Positions 20,501-34,176 of a stretch of 64,000 bases of DNA are shown here, one piece after another. The stretch comes from the human T2T-CHM13v2.0 reference genome, Homo sapiens, in the NCBI RefSeq assembly GCF_009914755.1, contig NC_060926.1. One strand, 5' to 3'. The notes beneath the pieces are model-generated. The model saw nothing but the letters and a program-made list of their open reading frames with translations. It did no database searches and had not been told where the DNA came from. Position 1 is the stretch's first letter; every line of letters starts with the position of its first letter. The position numbers and the translations under genes were made by a program.

Positions 20501-20799
20501 TTTTTTTTTTCTTGAGACAGGATCTCTGTCACCCAGACTAGAGTGCAGTAGCACGATCAAGGCTCACTGCAGCCTTGACCTCCTGGGCTGAAGCAATCCT
20601 CCTGCCTCTGCCGCCAAGTAGCTGACACTACAGGTGTGTGCCACCATGCCTGGCTAATTTTTGTATTTTTTTTTCTTTTTGTAGAGATGGGGTTTTGCCG
20701 TCTTGCCTAGGCTGGTCTCGAACTCTTGAGCTCAAGCAATCCACTTGTCTTGGCCTCCCAAAGTGCTAGGCTTACAGGTGTGAGCCACCACACCCAGCT
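20501..20799 (-). mobile_element. AluJ
   Basis: Poly(T) followed by reverse Alu dimer. Confidence 0.93.
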
Positions 20800-20938
20800 G
20801 CCTTACCCATTTTTTAAAAACTTGCTCTGAACTTTAAGTCTCTTAATCAACTGATTTCCCTGCCATTCTTTCTCTTCCTTACAATATATCTAATAAAGAA
20901 TCTAGGCCTTTAGACCAGTTGTATACCCCACAACTGGA

Positions 20939-20972
20939 GTGTGTGTGTGTGTGTGTTTGGTGTGTGTGTGTG
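20939..20972. repeat. Interrupted (TG)n microsatellite
   Basis: GTGTGTGTGTGTGTGTGTTTGGTGTGTGTGTGTG. Confidence 0.85.
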
Positions 20973-20999
20973 GATGAGCAGGTGTGGGTGTATGTGCAC

Positions 21000-22860
21000 A
21001 TACACATAAAAAATATCCCTTTGGTTTATACTGATATTTTAAATTCAAATTCAGAACTAAAGGGTTTGTACTTAATTTCTTTTATATTACACCTGTATAT
21101 CCTGTCTTCCATACCAAGAATCCACACTCTCAAAAACACAAGAGATGATAGAATCAGAGTATTCCACAATTATTCATTTGCTTTATCCCTTATCACACAC
21201 ACAACAGTCTCAGAATATTAACACTAGCACTACTACTTATAAAGACTAATAACAGCAAACAATGTTCCCCCTATTTTGTAGTGGTTGTAACATATATTAA
21301 TTGTCCATCCATACAGCCAGCACATGTCATCCTCTCTCCCTGTTAACCTTCATGTAGCCCTAGTCCTGCAAGTTCATATGTAGTTAGTGCTCACCAACAG
21401 TCCTTATGACTCTCTGGTCATTTGGGTTGTTGAAAATCATTTTTCAGTAGCTTTCTGAGGAGGGTCTCACAAGAACAGTATTCTCAGAAGGTTTTCATGT
21501 TGATAACAGTTTATTGTGTCCTCTTACACTTAACAGTTTTATTGGATTAAAACCTTGTCTGTTTATTTCTTTTATTGAGTATATTAAATATGTTACTCCA
21601 TTTTCTTCTGGCACAAAGCAATACAGTGAAAGAGTCTAATGACAATGGAATGTTCTTTCCTTTATAAGTCAAGGGCTCATTTTTTCCTTCTTTTTCTTTA
21701 AAGTCCAATAATGGCATTAGAGTGTTTTGGTGTTAGTTGGTCTGCATTGATCCTCTCAGAAGCATAGTGAGTTCTTTCAATACATAATTTCAAGTACGTA
21801 TTTTTCAATTTCAAGAAATTTTCTTTGCAGTATTGCTTTTAGTGCTAGGTTTTGATGGTCTTTCTCAGAGGCTCCTATTACCCATATTTTGGATCCTCTT
21901 TGCCTGTTTAATCTTTATGATGAAATGATTATCTTTCTTATTTCTAACTCTTAAGTCAATAAATCTTGAGTTCTGTCACCACATTCTGAGTTTTTCTCAT
22001 TTATATCTTGCATATTATTCTTAATGTCTTTTAATTCCTTTTGAAAAGATGTTACAGTTTTGATCTGTTTATTTTAAACATCTTTTCCTAGTATACAAGG
22101 ATGTTATTCTGCTCTTCTTTTCATAAGTTACTATAGTAACTTAGCATGGAATTTAATCTTGATGTTTTTTGGTTGCTCATCTTTGAGTGAATTCAATTAA
22201 CCTGAATTTTTAGAATTGTTTTCACATAGTGTTAAATATATATTTGTATACATTGTGTTATTTATGTTAAATTATATATAGAGAGGCTAGCTTTCTGAGA
22301 TTTTCTGGCTGTGTTTTCTTGCCCTGTTTTTATCTAAACCGTTCTCTTCACCTCCATGTCCACATGATTCTGCTCCAGCAGTTGCTCCTCACTGTAGGGT
22401 CCTATCCAGCTAGAAAGTTCCGGCTGGCCAGCGTCAAGTGTTCTCAGGATCAGACTCCTCCAGCCTTTCAGACCTTACCAAGGGCTCTGAGCATTTCTCT
22501 ACAATCACAGCAGGTAAAATACTCTACTCTAATCTTCTCTTCTCTGGTTGGCCCACCATGCTTTCCAGTGAATAGCTGTTGGTTATTTTGTGGGTTCTCC
22601 TTTTCCAAGGTCTGACACCCTGATTCTTCATTCCAATTTATCTCCCAAGAAGCTGATAACACACAAGTCTTGTAGCTACTGGCAATGTGTCCCCACCAAC
22701 TAAATTTCAGAGGTTATGAAAATATCTTGTCATCTAGCTCTTTTGTAAATGTTGTTCGTTAATTTTGTTTGGCTATGCAGATATTCTGTCTGTTTTCACG
22801 TGGGATTTAGGAAGATCTAAAAACTATGTGGCGACTGCACTACCGGCTTCCAAAAATCTT
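21000..22860 (-). mobile_element. Ancient L1M fragments
   Basis: T-rich on the plus strand with L1M-like motifs (TTACTCCATTTTCTTCTGGCA, CTCCTATTACCCATATTTTGGATCCTCTTTGCCTG). Boundaries uncertain. Confidence 0.45.
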
Positions 22861-23065
22861 CTACTTGTTTTTTAAAAGAGGAGTGTCTAACCCAATTTGA
22901 AATTCTTGAATTGGTAAATTATATTATGTTCTGCTATATTATATTGTATTATATCATATCATATTATATCGTATCTCACATATATATAAACATTAGTAGG
23001 GACACTTTTATGTTTCTGTAAGCCAAAAACCTGTCCTGAATCTCTCCCCAATCCAGCAGGCCAGG

Positions 23066-23230
23066 GCAGTATTTTCCAGTTTTAATGTGCATGTGATACG
23101 CCTGGGAATCTTTTTAAATTCAGGTTCCAGGCCAGTGGGTCTGGCGTAAGGCCAGACATTCTGCATCTCCACCAGCTCCTGGGTGCTGTCAGTGGGATGG
23201 TCCACAGACCTCATCTCGAGCAATAAAGGT
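23066..23230. mobile_element. MER5-like hAT-Charlie MITE
   Basis: CCTGGGAATCTTTTTAAATTCAGGTTCCAGGCC...GTGGGTCTGG...TTCTGCAT...GCTCCTGGGTGCTG. Confidence 0.6.
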
Positions 23231-23668
23231 CGAGGTGTCAGCAAGTGATTACTCACTTTTGAAAGATTGCCAATACATACCATGTCTGCTTTTAATGAAG
23301 GACCACTCTTAGTAGTTTCCCAAAACATGTAGTACCCTTGTAAGAGCTTGTTCTTCTTTTTAATAATAAAAGAAACTGAAATCCAATACAGACTTCTCTG
23401 AGAGCGGTATTCTGCTGCACATTATCACAAACATTCTCTCCTTATTCCTATTATCATTTTTATAAATGATAAAATAGACTCAGATTGATTTGCACATAGG
23501 CTGGAATTGCAATGCAAACCTGAATTTTTGACTCCAAATTCCTGTCTCCTTCATCCTACATTGTGCTTGGGAGCATACAATTTCTATTTTGGTCTTTATC
23601 ATCTTTACCCAATCTTTTCTCTATTTTTATCCAACTTATATATTCATTATTAAATTTTTAACAATTTC

Positions 23669-23997
<329 letters not shown>

Positions 23998-24787
23998 TCA
24001 TCAGCTTTAAGGTACTGGTTAATTACTTCAGCTTACTCTTGCCCAGAGAAATGCAACTCTGTTACCAAATCAAGAGTTGATTTACTTCATTGTCATCTTG
24101 ACTCGTATTAAATAAATTATGTTAACTGGCTCTGAAAAGAATTTAGGCATGCATAGAGAATAGCAGTGTTTTTATTGGCGAGAAAAGAAATCATGACTTT
24201 TTTAAAAATACCAGACTAATGATTAAATAAATTAACAGTCCTAGGGTTCCGGAAGTGGCCTAAAGCACGTAGTAGCCCTCCTTAGAGCTCACTGCCTTTG
24301 TGTTGTAGTTTGACAGAAGCAAAGTTAAGCCTTGCTCGTCCAGTTCCCATGGAGCATGTCCAATCCCTGAAGAGTGTTCGTGGAAATGCACATCTGCAGC
24401 CCCACCCTCCGGGTCTGATTGTGTTGGGCTGGTGGGGCCATAGAAACCACATTTTCCACAAGCACTGCAGTGACTCTGATGCTCAGCCCTCGAAGGAAGT
24501 CATTAGCAGGCTCAGCCTGGAGGGAGCCCCACAAGACCTCAGGCTCCAGGAAGCAAGTGTGCCAGGTTGCATGGCCATAGCACAGAGGAGTGTGACCAGG
24601 GTGCCACTTTTCTCATCTCTCACCATGCCTTTCAGTTTTGTGCAGCAGAGATATCTTCTCTTGGCCCGACTGTAAACTCCGGCATGCTCTCTCATGTATA
24701 CATAGTCCCAGTCCAGCAGCCATTATAATTTTCCAGCACAGATGTGGGAATGATGCAGTTTCGAAATGCAAACTTCGAGATAACTCA

Positions 24788-25183
24788 TGTATGAGTTTGC
24801 CAGGGTTGCTATATCAAAGCACCACAGATTGCTCAGCTTAAGCAACAGGCATTTGTTTTCTCACAGTTTTAGGAGCCGGAAGTCCATGATCAAGGTGTCA
24901 ACAGGGTGATTCATTCATTCTGAGGGCTGGGAGGGAGGGTCTCTCGAGGCCTCTCTCGGCTTGCAGAAGGCCCTCTCCTCCTTGTGTCTTCACTATGCCT
25001 GCCTGTCTCTATGTTCAAATTTCATCTTTCTGTAAGGACAGTCCTGTTGGATTAGAACTAACTCTAATGACTTCATCTTAACTTGATTATCTTCAAAGAC
25101 CTTATTTCCAAATAAGGCCACATTCTTGGGCACTGGGGGCTAGACTTTGACACCTTTGGAGGCACCCAATTCAAACCATAACA
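24788..25183 (-). mobile_element. MLT1 (B/C-type) MaLR LTR
   Basis: Reverse strand starts TGTTATGGTTTGAATTGGGTGCCTCC; contains CCTTATTTGGAAATAAGGTC. Confidence 0.8.
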
Positions 25184-25197
25184 ATTCATTTGATTGA

Positions 25198-25530
<333 letters not shown>

Positions 25531-26669
25531 AGATCTTTGTAATCTTAAGAGTAAGTTACAACCTTTAGGAAATGTGGGCTGGAAGCCATTTAAGGAGGTT
25601 TGGTTGAATGGAATGTATTTACAGGATTTTCATGATTGCATTACCCTGCTGTGGTTCCTGCTCAGAAGGCCTCCTGTTAACATGTTTATGATGATCCCCC
25701 TTGGTTCACCAGGTGCTGAGTTTAGGAGTACCTTTCATGCAACAAGAAAATATTTTTCCCCTGACACAATATCTTGCAAACACTCTAGGAAATATCAGTA
25801 TTAAGAAAGCTAATTAACATAGGATATGTAAATCGGCATAAAGTCAACATTTGGCAGGTGAATCCGGTAAGCACCTTTGACACAAAGATAAATTCCCAAT
25901 CTCCTGAGTGTCTATCTGGATGAAATTCAGGGCCTGGGGCTTGGCTCCTGGTGGATGTGGCTACAAGAAGCTGTCCCTTCCCCAGCCCCTCCCCTGGGCC
26001 TCCCTGTCCCCACTCTGGGATCCCCAATTCCTCAGGGACACTGACAGATTCCTGCTGTCTCACAGGGACCCCGGCTGTGGGCTGGCTTTTCCAGGGCATC
26101 CGCAGTTGTGCTGGCCTTCCTTCCCTGCTCCTGAGAAGCCTGAAGAGGACCCGAAGGGTATTCACAGCCCCCCACCCAGGGCTGGGGGAGAAGCAGCGGT
26201 CAGGAGCAGCCCCGCCGTTCCTAGCTTGAGAGCAGCTGCAGAAGGACTCGGCAGGACCTCTTCTCAGAGATTTCAAAGTGTGCAGGGACTTCAGAATGCA
26301 TGGTCATCAACTGAATAAGGTTTATTTTACAGCTGAACCCACCTGCTTCCCACCCAGCCTCCTCCACCTGCTGCACTCCTTCCTGATTGAGTGAACAGTG
26401 CCCGCTTTGATGGCAGCCCCCAGCTGGAAACAAGGGCACTCTACTGGCCTCCCTCCTCCCCTCACACCCTACAGCCAGTCGGTCATCTCATGTGATGTGC
26501 TGGCCCCTCTGACCATCCCCACTGCTGTCCTTGGCCCCTCCCACTGCCCTTATTCACCCTTTATTGACTTCCCGTGATGAATCACGACAGCCTCCTACCT
26601 GCACACCCTCCCTGGATAAACCTCCTTCCTTCTTCCAGCAGGATCCAGTCCTCAGATGGAATGTAGGAC

Positions 26670-26870
26670 CCGAGAGGAGGCTCCTGCACTTCCTAGCTGT
26701 CAGATCTTGGGTAAGATATTCCAACCCTCTGTGTCCCAGTGGCCTCCCCTGTAAAATGAAGAGGAGGATAACAGTGCCTGCATCACTGGGCTATTGAGAG
26801 GATGAAATGAGATAATCTATGTAAACCCCTTCACCTAATGAGTGCTCGCTCAGGTGAAGGTAGCTATGAT
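26670..26870 (+). mobile_element. MIR SINE
   Basis: CACTTCCTAGCTGTCAGATCTTGGGTAAG...CTGTAAAATGAAG...GAGGATGAAATGAGATAAT. Confidence 0.7.
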
Positions 26871-29024
26871 TACGTCCTTCCCAATGTGCTCCCAAAGTAA
26901 CATCTCCTCATGTCCATTGCAGTACTTACCATTCACAGAATAATTATTTTGTGTCTTTTCATCACTTAATAGAAGAGAAGCCTTCTGAAGGTAGGGAATC
27001 TCTTATTTATGTCTCATGCCCAGAAGTTAGGATGGTGTCTGGAATCTACTAGGTCCTCTATGAATATTTGAAGGAGAGATGTGTGGAAGAATGGATTCAT
27101 AGAAAGGTGGATGGCTGAATGGTGACTAAATCCAACACCATTCCAGTGTTAGAATCATGTTACAACCCAACATGAAACATTAAGACTTTTTGTCGTATTA
27201 CTTTAGTGGTAAATGCTCAAATGTAGTTTTGTCCTAAAATTAACCACTGATAAATCTTAGAAAACTAAAAGAGAAAGTTTTGATTTAATTAGTTTTTCCT
27301 TTTTTTTTTCTCAGTTCATGTTTCTGTTACAGAGGGGAAGTTTCTGAAAGTTAATAGTAGACATGACAGTAAATATTGACCATGAGGAAATGTTTTCACT
27401 CTTAATTATAGAGGATGCTATCTTTCTTTCTGCAATAATAGTGTTCTCAATAAAGAACTTTTAAAAATTATTTATATAAAGGAACATAACTTTTTTTAAA
27501 AAAACAGTATTTTGTATTGTGCAAACTGCAATCTTTATATCTCAGCTCTGTCTTTTAATAATAAGGCTTGATGCATGTGTGCAAAATACAGCAAACGCAG
27601 TTTCACATCATGGCCAAAACCATCTGAACTACCATCAAACTAATCCAAACAAGGCAAGGAAAGCATTGTCTTTAAGACTTAAATGGTGTAGCCATGTTCC
27701 ATTTTACAGAAATGCACTTTTAGTCTCTGCAATGGTGAATTTTATGTGATCTTATTGGTTCTGTTTCCCTGGAGAACTCTAATACAATATCTTTTGTAAA
27801 ATTCTAAATGGGTTTTTTTTTCAAATGCATAAATGATTAAACCTTAATTTGGGGGTGATTCCTATGAGATGAGTAACAATGGGGAAGATCCGCATCAGCA
27901 TGGCGGGCCCTGACACAGCTTGAGATCACCCCAGTCTTATCTAACCCGCTTCTGTTGACTGTCTACTCCCTGTAGACACAGTACTGGCTTCTAGGTCGCC
28001 TGTGAGCAAATCTCATCAAATTCATCTAAATGACCACCAGGCATGAACCAGGATCACATTCTTAAAGGATTGCTGAGGACTTCAGAGTACAGTACTGGGC
28101 CTCTAAACACCCACATGCGCCCCCCAAGTGAGGGGAGGATCTTGGCTCTATCAGCTACCACTTCCAGCTCTGCTCCTAGCAGGCGCCATCCATTTGTCTG
28201 CCCCTTTGGGAAACTCCTTCCAATCACGTGGTTCCACTGGGAGCTGCTGTCTTCCTCCAGAACCTGACTCCCTGGCCACAGTGGTGGTCTAGGGCTGAAA
28301 TGCCCACCTGGCTGATCACAGGGCTCCAATCTCTGCTCACAGGTGACTGATCCAAATGTAAGAACCTACACACCATGATTCAAGCCATCTTTTCCCAGGA
28401 TTTTCTACCAGGAATCAAGGGAAGCCAGTCAGTTCTTCTCGAGTGGCCAAGATGGGCTGATGTGAGCAGCCAGGTCTCCTGCCCTGTGGGGCTGGGAGGA
28501 GAGAGAGCAGCCCACTCCGAGGGGCACTGACTAGGAAGAAGGACAGAGCCCAAATTCCACCATTGCCAAGGCCAGCTGGGCTTTCCTCCCTGAGGGGGGT
28601 CACAGGAAACACCTGCCCCTTTGCTGGAGCTACTTGGGTTGGGTCTTCATTGGCAGAAACCAAAGAGTCACTCTGATTAGTTCTAAACTACAGGAGCCAT
28701 TCAGTCTTCTGGGCCTCAGTGTGAACTGGGAATGGCCACACCTCCCTTGAAATCTTAACACTTATGGTGGAGAGTGAGCTGAATGTGTGTGAACTGTGCA
28801 CACATTACCTTCCCCATGGATCCTATGAAGAGCAGATAAGACTTTATAACCCAGAAAAATAGGAAATGTGTCAGATGTTTACTTATTTTTCTAATCATAA
28901 TTATGAAAGTTGAGGTTACTTGGGATCCTGTTGTACTAGAATGAGGGATGTGATTGGATGGATTACAAAGCTCATGCATGCACACATAAAACAAACATAA
29001 GCAGACAACCCCTTGAGATGGTAT

Positions 29025-29515
29025 ATGCATGTCCTAGAATGACTATGACAAAGGACTGTAAAACTGGGTGACTTAAAACAACAGAAATTTGTTCTCTCAT
29101 GGTTCTTGAGATGGGAAGTCCAAAATCAAGGTGTCATATGGCCAAGCTCCATCTTAAGGTCCTAGGGAGGAATCCTTGCTTGGAGGATCTTAGGCAAGAA
29201 ATAGCACCTGGTGGCTCCAGGTGTTCCTTGATTTATGGCGGCATCTCTCCAACCTCTGCCTCTGTCCTCACACAGCCTTCTGCCCTCTGTGTCTGTGTCT
29301 TCATGGGGTATTTGTGTGTTCGTTCTCTCTCTCTCTCTCTCTGTCTTTTCTTATAAAGACACCCGTCACATTGGAGTAGGCCCACTCCAATCCAGGATGA
29401 CCTCATCTTAACCAATTACATTTGTAGCATCTCTGTCCCCAAACAAGGTCACATTCTGAGGAACCAGGGTTTGGACTCAGACACATCTTTTGGGGACACA
29501 ATAAACACACTATGA
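29025..29515 (-). mobile_element. MLT1C-like MaLR LTR
   Basis: AACTGGGTGACTTAAAACAACAGAAATTT...ATGACCTCATCTTAACCAATTACAT...CTTTTGGGGACACAAT. Confidence 0.8.
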
Positions 29516-30502
29516 TGGTGCACTCATTTTCCAAACTTCTTAGTGACAAAAAGTAAAGTAGTGGTAAAGTCACCACTGCAGCAAATGTCACCCTGGTCAG
29601 GCACCAGAGCACACTGCTCCCTGCTTCAAGCCATGCCCTGGAACATCAGGGGAAAGGATGAGATTGGGGTCATGGAAGTCCTCAGACGGGGCTCCCAGAA
29701 GAACCCCAGCAGCCACCACAGAAGGGTTACGCCTGCCTTTGCCTCTGGGGCTCCAAGTGCAGGTCCGCCTGAGACAAGACAACACACTCAGATCTAAAAA
29801 ATCAGTGGAATCCTCTTGTTCCTCTTAGGTTCATGCAAAGCCAATTCAAGAGTCTGGCCAACTCGTTCCTCTCTGAATGAAGTGAGCTTTGGAACATGAC
29901 CCACCATTTGAGAGTTAGTCATGGGGTGGTGACTGCCAGACACAATTCTACCCCTCCCTTTCCTTTCTAAAATAACCCCAACCCCTGTTGGTACAGCCGG
30001 GTACAGAGACAGCCTGCGAGCCCATCCCAGCCATCACAGCAGCAATCACAGGGTTCAGTCCAGGGCTGGCCATGACCCCCGAGCCGTCACCTTTCCCAGG
30101 ACAAATGCATGTGTGCTGGTAGCAACAGTTGCTCTCTCCTGCAGTTTCAAGTTGGGAGGCTGTGAAGCTGGGACTCGATTCACCCTCTTCCTCCCCTGAG
30201 AAGAAGGTTTGCCCTGGTCTCACTGAGGCCCTGGCCCCTGAGCCTGGTTCTGCAGACCTGCTGGCTCTCCATAGCTCCCATGGCGCTCTGTTTCTACTCC
30301 TGAGACTTTCAACCTATTTGTACCTTGGTTCTGATACAACCTCCAGTGTCACTCCTATTGAGACTTGCCCATAGAGCTGGCCCTAGAAGTGGACGCCATC
30401 TGCCAAGGACAGTCCCCACTCCAGCCACTACCACCTCCCTCCATCACCTGCCCCACAAATACTTTAGGTGTAATACATTTTAAACTAATTTAACATTAAT
30501 TA

Positions 30503-30835
<333 letters not shown>

Positions 30836-31899
30836 TTAGTTAATTGGGTAGGCTATTTTTTTTTTTTAAGTTAAGAGAAGTTCAAATGTGGTTTCTTCTG
30901 TTCTCCCACTTTGAAAGCCTCCCAGAACTCTTGTTCTTACAGCTGTCCTCAAATCAGGGAGGCATTTCCCATAGATCCTTTGCTGGATATAAATATTTCA
31001 GGCCTCACAGTGGATGCCCGTGTAGCTGTTTGAAAGACTCTTTTAAGAGGATCAGATGCGCTTTCTTATGTTTTAGCTTTTGCTCTCTTTTCCTCCCAAT
31101 AACCTCTGCCCCTCAGCTCATGCCAAGAAGAGCCTGGGAAGCAGAATGAAGTCACAAAAGGAAAATGTGCAGGAGTTGGGAGGGAGGACCCGCACCCCTT
31201 TGCAGGGGGTACTTACTGGCTGGGGGAATTCAGCGCTGATAAAAAGAGATCTGTGCTGGGAGGCTCTTCGCCCAGCTGCCGGCTGGGCTGCCTCTCTCTC
31301 CACCTTCCCACAGCCTCCCTGAGGCCCTGGCCAGCTGCAGATGCTCACGGCACAGTCAGGCTTTGTGGAACCAGAAAATTAGTGAGTCAAAGGACCAGAG
31401 AATTAGAGCAAGTATGTTAATTGGATATGAGTATAGGCCTCAGTGGACGGCTGCCAAGTCCCCTTTCTCCCTGCGCTCTCCATGCCATCCTTACCAGGAG
31501 CCCGGAGCTCCCTGCTGTGAGTGCCGCATTAGCCCAGCTCCTACAGCGCGTGATCCTGCACCAGGCCTTGTGTTTGTATCCACTGTCTCCTACTAACCCC
31601 ACCTAGCAATCCCACCCATCTCCATTCTGAATATAAGCTAAGTGGCTTGTCTACTTTACCCAGCTAGTGCGAGATGGAGCTGGGATCAAGATCAGGTCTG
31701 TCTGCCCCACAGCCTGCACTCTGCTTTCTCCTGGGACAGGCCACCAACTTCACTGCGTTACCTGCTGGTGGTCATCATCCTCTTAGCCTGGAGAGTTCCA
31801 CTTGGAGATGGGTGTAATTGAAAGCCTCCCAGAACTCTTGTTCTTACAGCTGTCCTGTAAGAGCTGTGGCTGGCCCTGCAATGGAGATGACTGAGTGGT

Positions 31900-32112
31900 A
31901 GGGGGCAGGGGTGGATTTTGCCCCACAGGAGAAATTTGGTAATACCTAGAGACAATTTGGGTTGTCCCAACCTAGGAGTGGGGGGTTGCTCCTGGAATCT
32001 AGTGGGTAAAGTTCAGGGCTGTTGGTAAAAATCCTACAATGCACAGGACACCTCTTAAACAAATAATTACTCAGCTACAATGTTTCCATCTTGGTGAGGT
32101 TGAGAAACCCTG
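31900..32112. mobile_element. MER20 hAT-Charlie MITE
   Basis: GATTTTGCCCC...GGAATCTAGTGGGTA...ATCCTACAATGCACAGGACA...GAGGTTGAGAAACCCTG. Confidence 0.8.
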
Positions 32113-32196
32113 CCCTACAAAATTCTGCCAGAACAAAGTGCCTACCAGCATCCAAAATTAGCCAAAAACATGGCTAAAAGAGAGCAGGGACAGATC

Positions 32197-33760
32197 TATT
32201 TATTCATTCATCTGACCTGTATTTACCGAGTGCCAGCTAGGAGCCAGGCACTCCTCTTACTGCTGGGGGTTTAATAATGAACCAGACAGACAAGTCCATG
32301 CCCCCCACCCCCCAACCGGGGCTGATGTTCTAAGAGGGGTTAGAGTGGAAGGCAGAAATAAAATGAATAACAAGACACTGATAAGGGCCATTCCGAGCAT
32401 TGCAATGGGGTGGTGTAAGGGGTGGGATGAGATGTCTGATTTTGAGCTGGGGGTCAAAGTGGCCCCCTGCAGAGGTGACATTTAAGCTGAGATCTGAACC
32501 ACAGGAAGTAGTCAGTCACAGACCAAACAGGAGACAGGGCTTCCTAGAAAGAAGAGAGGGTTACTGCAAAATCTTTAAGATGGGGAGGAGCTTGCTGTAT
32601 CTAAGGAACAGACAAAAGGCTGAAGTAGGACAGGAGGAAGGTAGGGAGGTGGATGGGACAAGATAAATGGGGCTTCTGTATGCCAGCCAGGGATAAGGGG
32701 CTCAGAATTTCAGTTCAGTGCAAGGGAATCGGCTAGAGGGTTGGGACAGGAGAATGATGGGCTCTGATTTGCCTTTTCAAAGAATGCTCACTGCTGTAGG
32801 GAGAATGAATTAGACGGCTTTAAGGGTTGAATTGTGTCTTCCCAAAAAAGATAGATTGAAGTTCTAGCCCCTGCAGTACTTCAGAATGTGGCCTTGTTTG
32901 GAAATAGGGTCTTTACAGAGATGATCAAGTTATAATGCAGTAATTCAGGTGAGCCCTTATACAATACAACTGGCGTCCTTATGAAGAGGGGAAATTGGGA
33001 CAGAGACAGACACACATAGAGGGAAAATGATGTGAAAATAATGGCAGAAGCCAAGGTGATGCTCCTCTAAGCCAAAAAACTCCAAAGATTGCCAGCAAAC
33101 CCCCGAGGCCAGGAGAAGGTCCTAGAACAGATTCTCCCTCATGGCCTCAGAAGGAATCAGCCCTGCTGATGCTCTGACCTCGAACTTCCAGGCTCCAGCA
33201 CCGAGACAGTAAATGCCTGTGGTTTACTCCACCCAGTTGGCGGTGATTTGTTACAGCAGCCCTGACAAACTAACACAATGAGCCAGAAGCAGCCATATCC
33301 GTGTAGGTGGTTACCAGGGTAATCCAGGTGGGAAGGGATGATGGCTCGGACAATATGACACAGTGGGGGACAGAGAAGAGCAGAGCTATGACATGTTTCA
33401 GAAACAGGACTCGTTTAGAGAGGGGTGAGGGCAGGACAGGAACTAGGTAAGTTCTGTATTTGGCTTCAGCAAAGGAGAACTGGAAGAGAAACGGGTCCAG
33501 GTGGGGGATAAGGGAAGCCTTGGAAATGAAGCAGTGGGTTGGGGCCAATTCCATTTCAGTGCACCCTTGACATCTCCTCTGCTCCACCCCCCACACAGCT
33601 GTCAGCAGGCAGCTGGATTTACTCGATGAACTGGAGATCCAAGGACAGGGCTGGAGAGACAGACTGAGGAGTTCCTCATGATTTATTCTAATGGATCCTC
33701 CTTCCCACTTGGAGGTTTTCACCACTAACCGGGCCACTGGCAGGGTGAAGGGTGAAATTG
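32197..33760 (-). mobile_element. L2 LINE fragments, interrupted by an MLT1 LTR
   Basis: ATTCATTCA tail; GAGGTGACATTTAAGCTGAGATCTGAA; GGTAATCCAGGTGGGAAGGGATGATGGCT. Confidence 0.6.
32819..33276 (+). mobile_element. MLT1C-like MaLR LTR
   Basis: GGGTTGAATTGTGTC...CAGAATGTGGCCTTGTTTGGAAATAGGGTC...TTGTTACAGCAGCCCTGACAAACTAACACA. Confidence 0.85.
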
Positions 33761-33868
33761 CTGCTACAAAGCAGGCTAGGTCAACCCGAAGATTGGCTTG
33801 CATACCACTGAGCTCTTCCTGAAAGTAGCAGCCGACTTCTTTTTCTTCTCTCCTCCTGTCCTCTAGAA

Positions 33869-34176
33869 CCAGGATCCCCAACCCCTGAGCCACAGCCACA
33901 CACCATGGCCTGTTAGGAACTGGCCGCACAGCAGGGAGGACGGCAGCAGGCTAGAAAGCATTCCCGCCCGCGCTCCACCTCCTGTCAGATCAGCAGCATT
34001 TGATTCTTATAGGAGCTTCAATCCTATTGTGAACTGCACACAGGAGGGATCTAGGTTGCACGTTCCTTACGAGAATCTAATGCCCACAGCCCCACTCAAC
34101 TCACCCCACCTCCCCCAGCCAACATGGAAACATGGAAAAATTGTCTTCCACAGTCCCTGGTGCCAAAAAGATGCTG
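33869..34176. mobile_element. MER1B-like hAT-Charlie element
   Basis: CAGGATCCCCAACCCC...GGCCTGTTAGGAAC...GAGAATCTAATGCC...GTCCCTGGTGCCAAAAAG. 8-bp TSD CTCTAGAA (33861-68, 34177-84). Confidence 0.85.

Noticed and set aside
33270-33929. 219-aa minus-strand ORF
   Set aside because: Spans MER1 and L2 remnants; no family resemblance.
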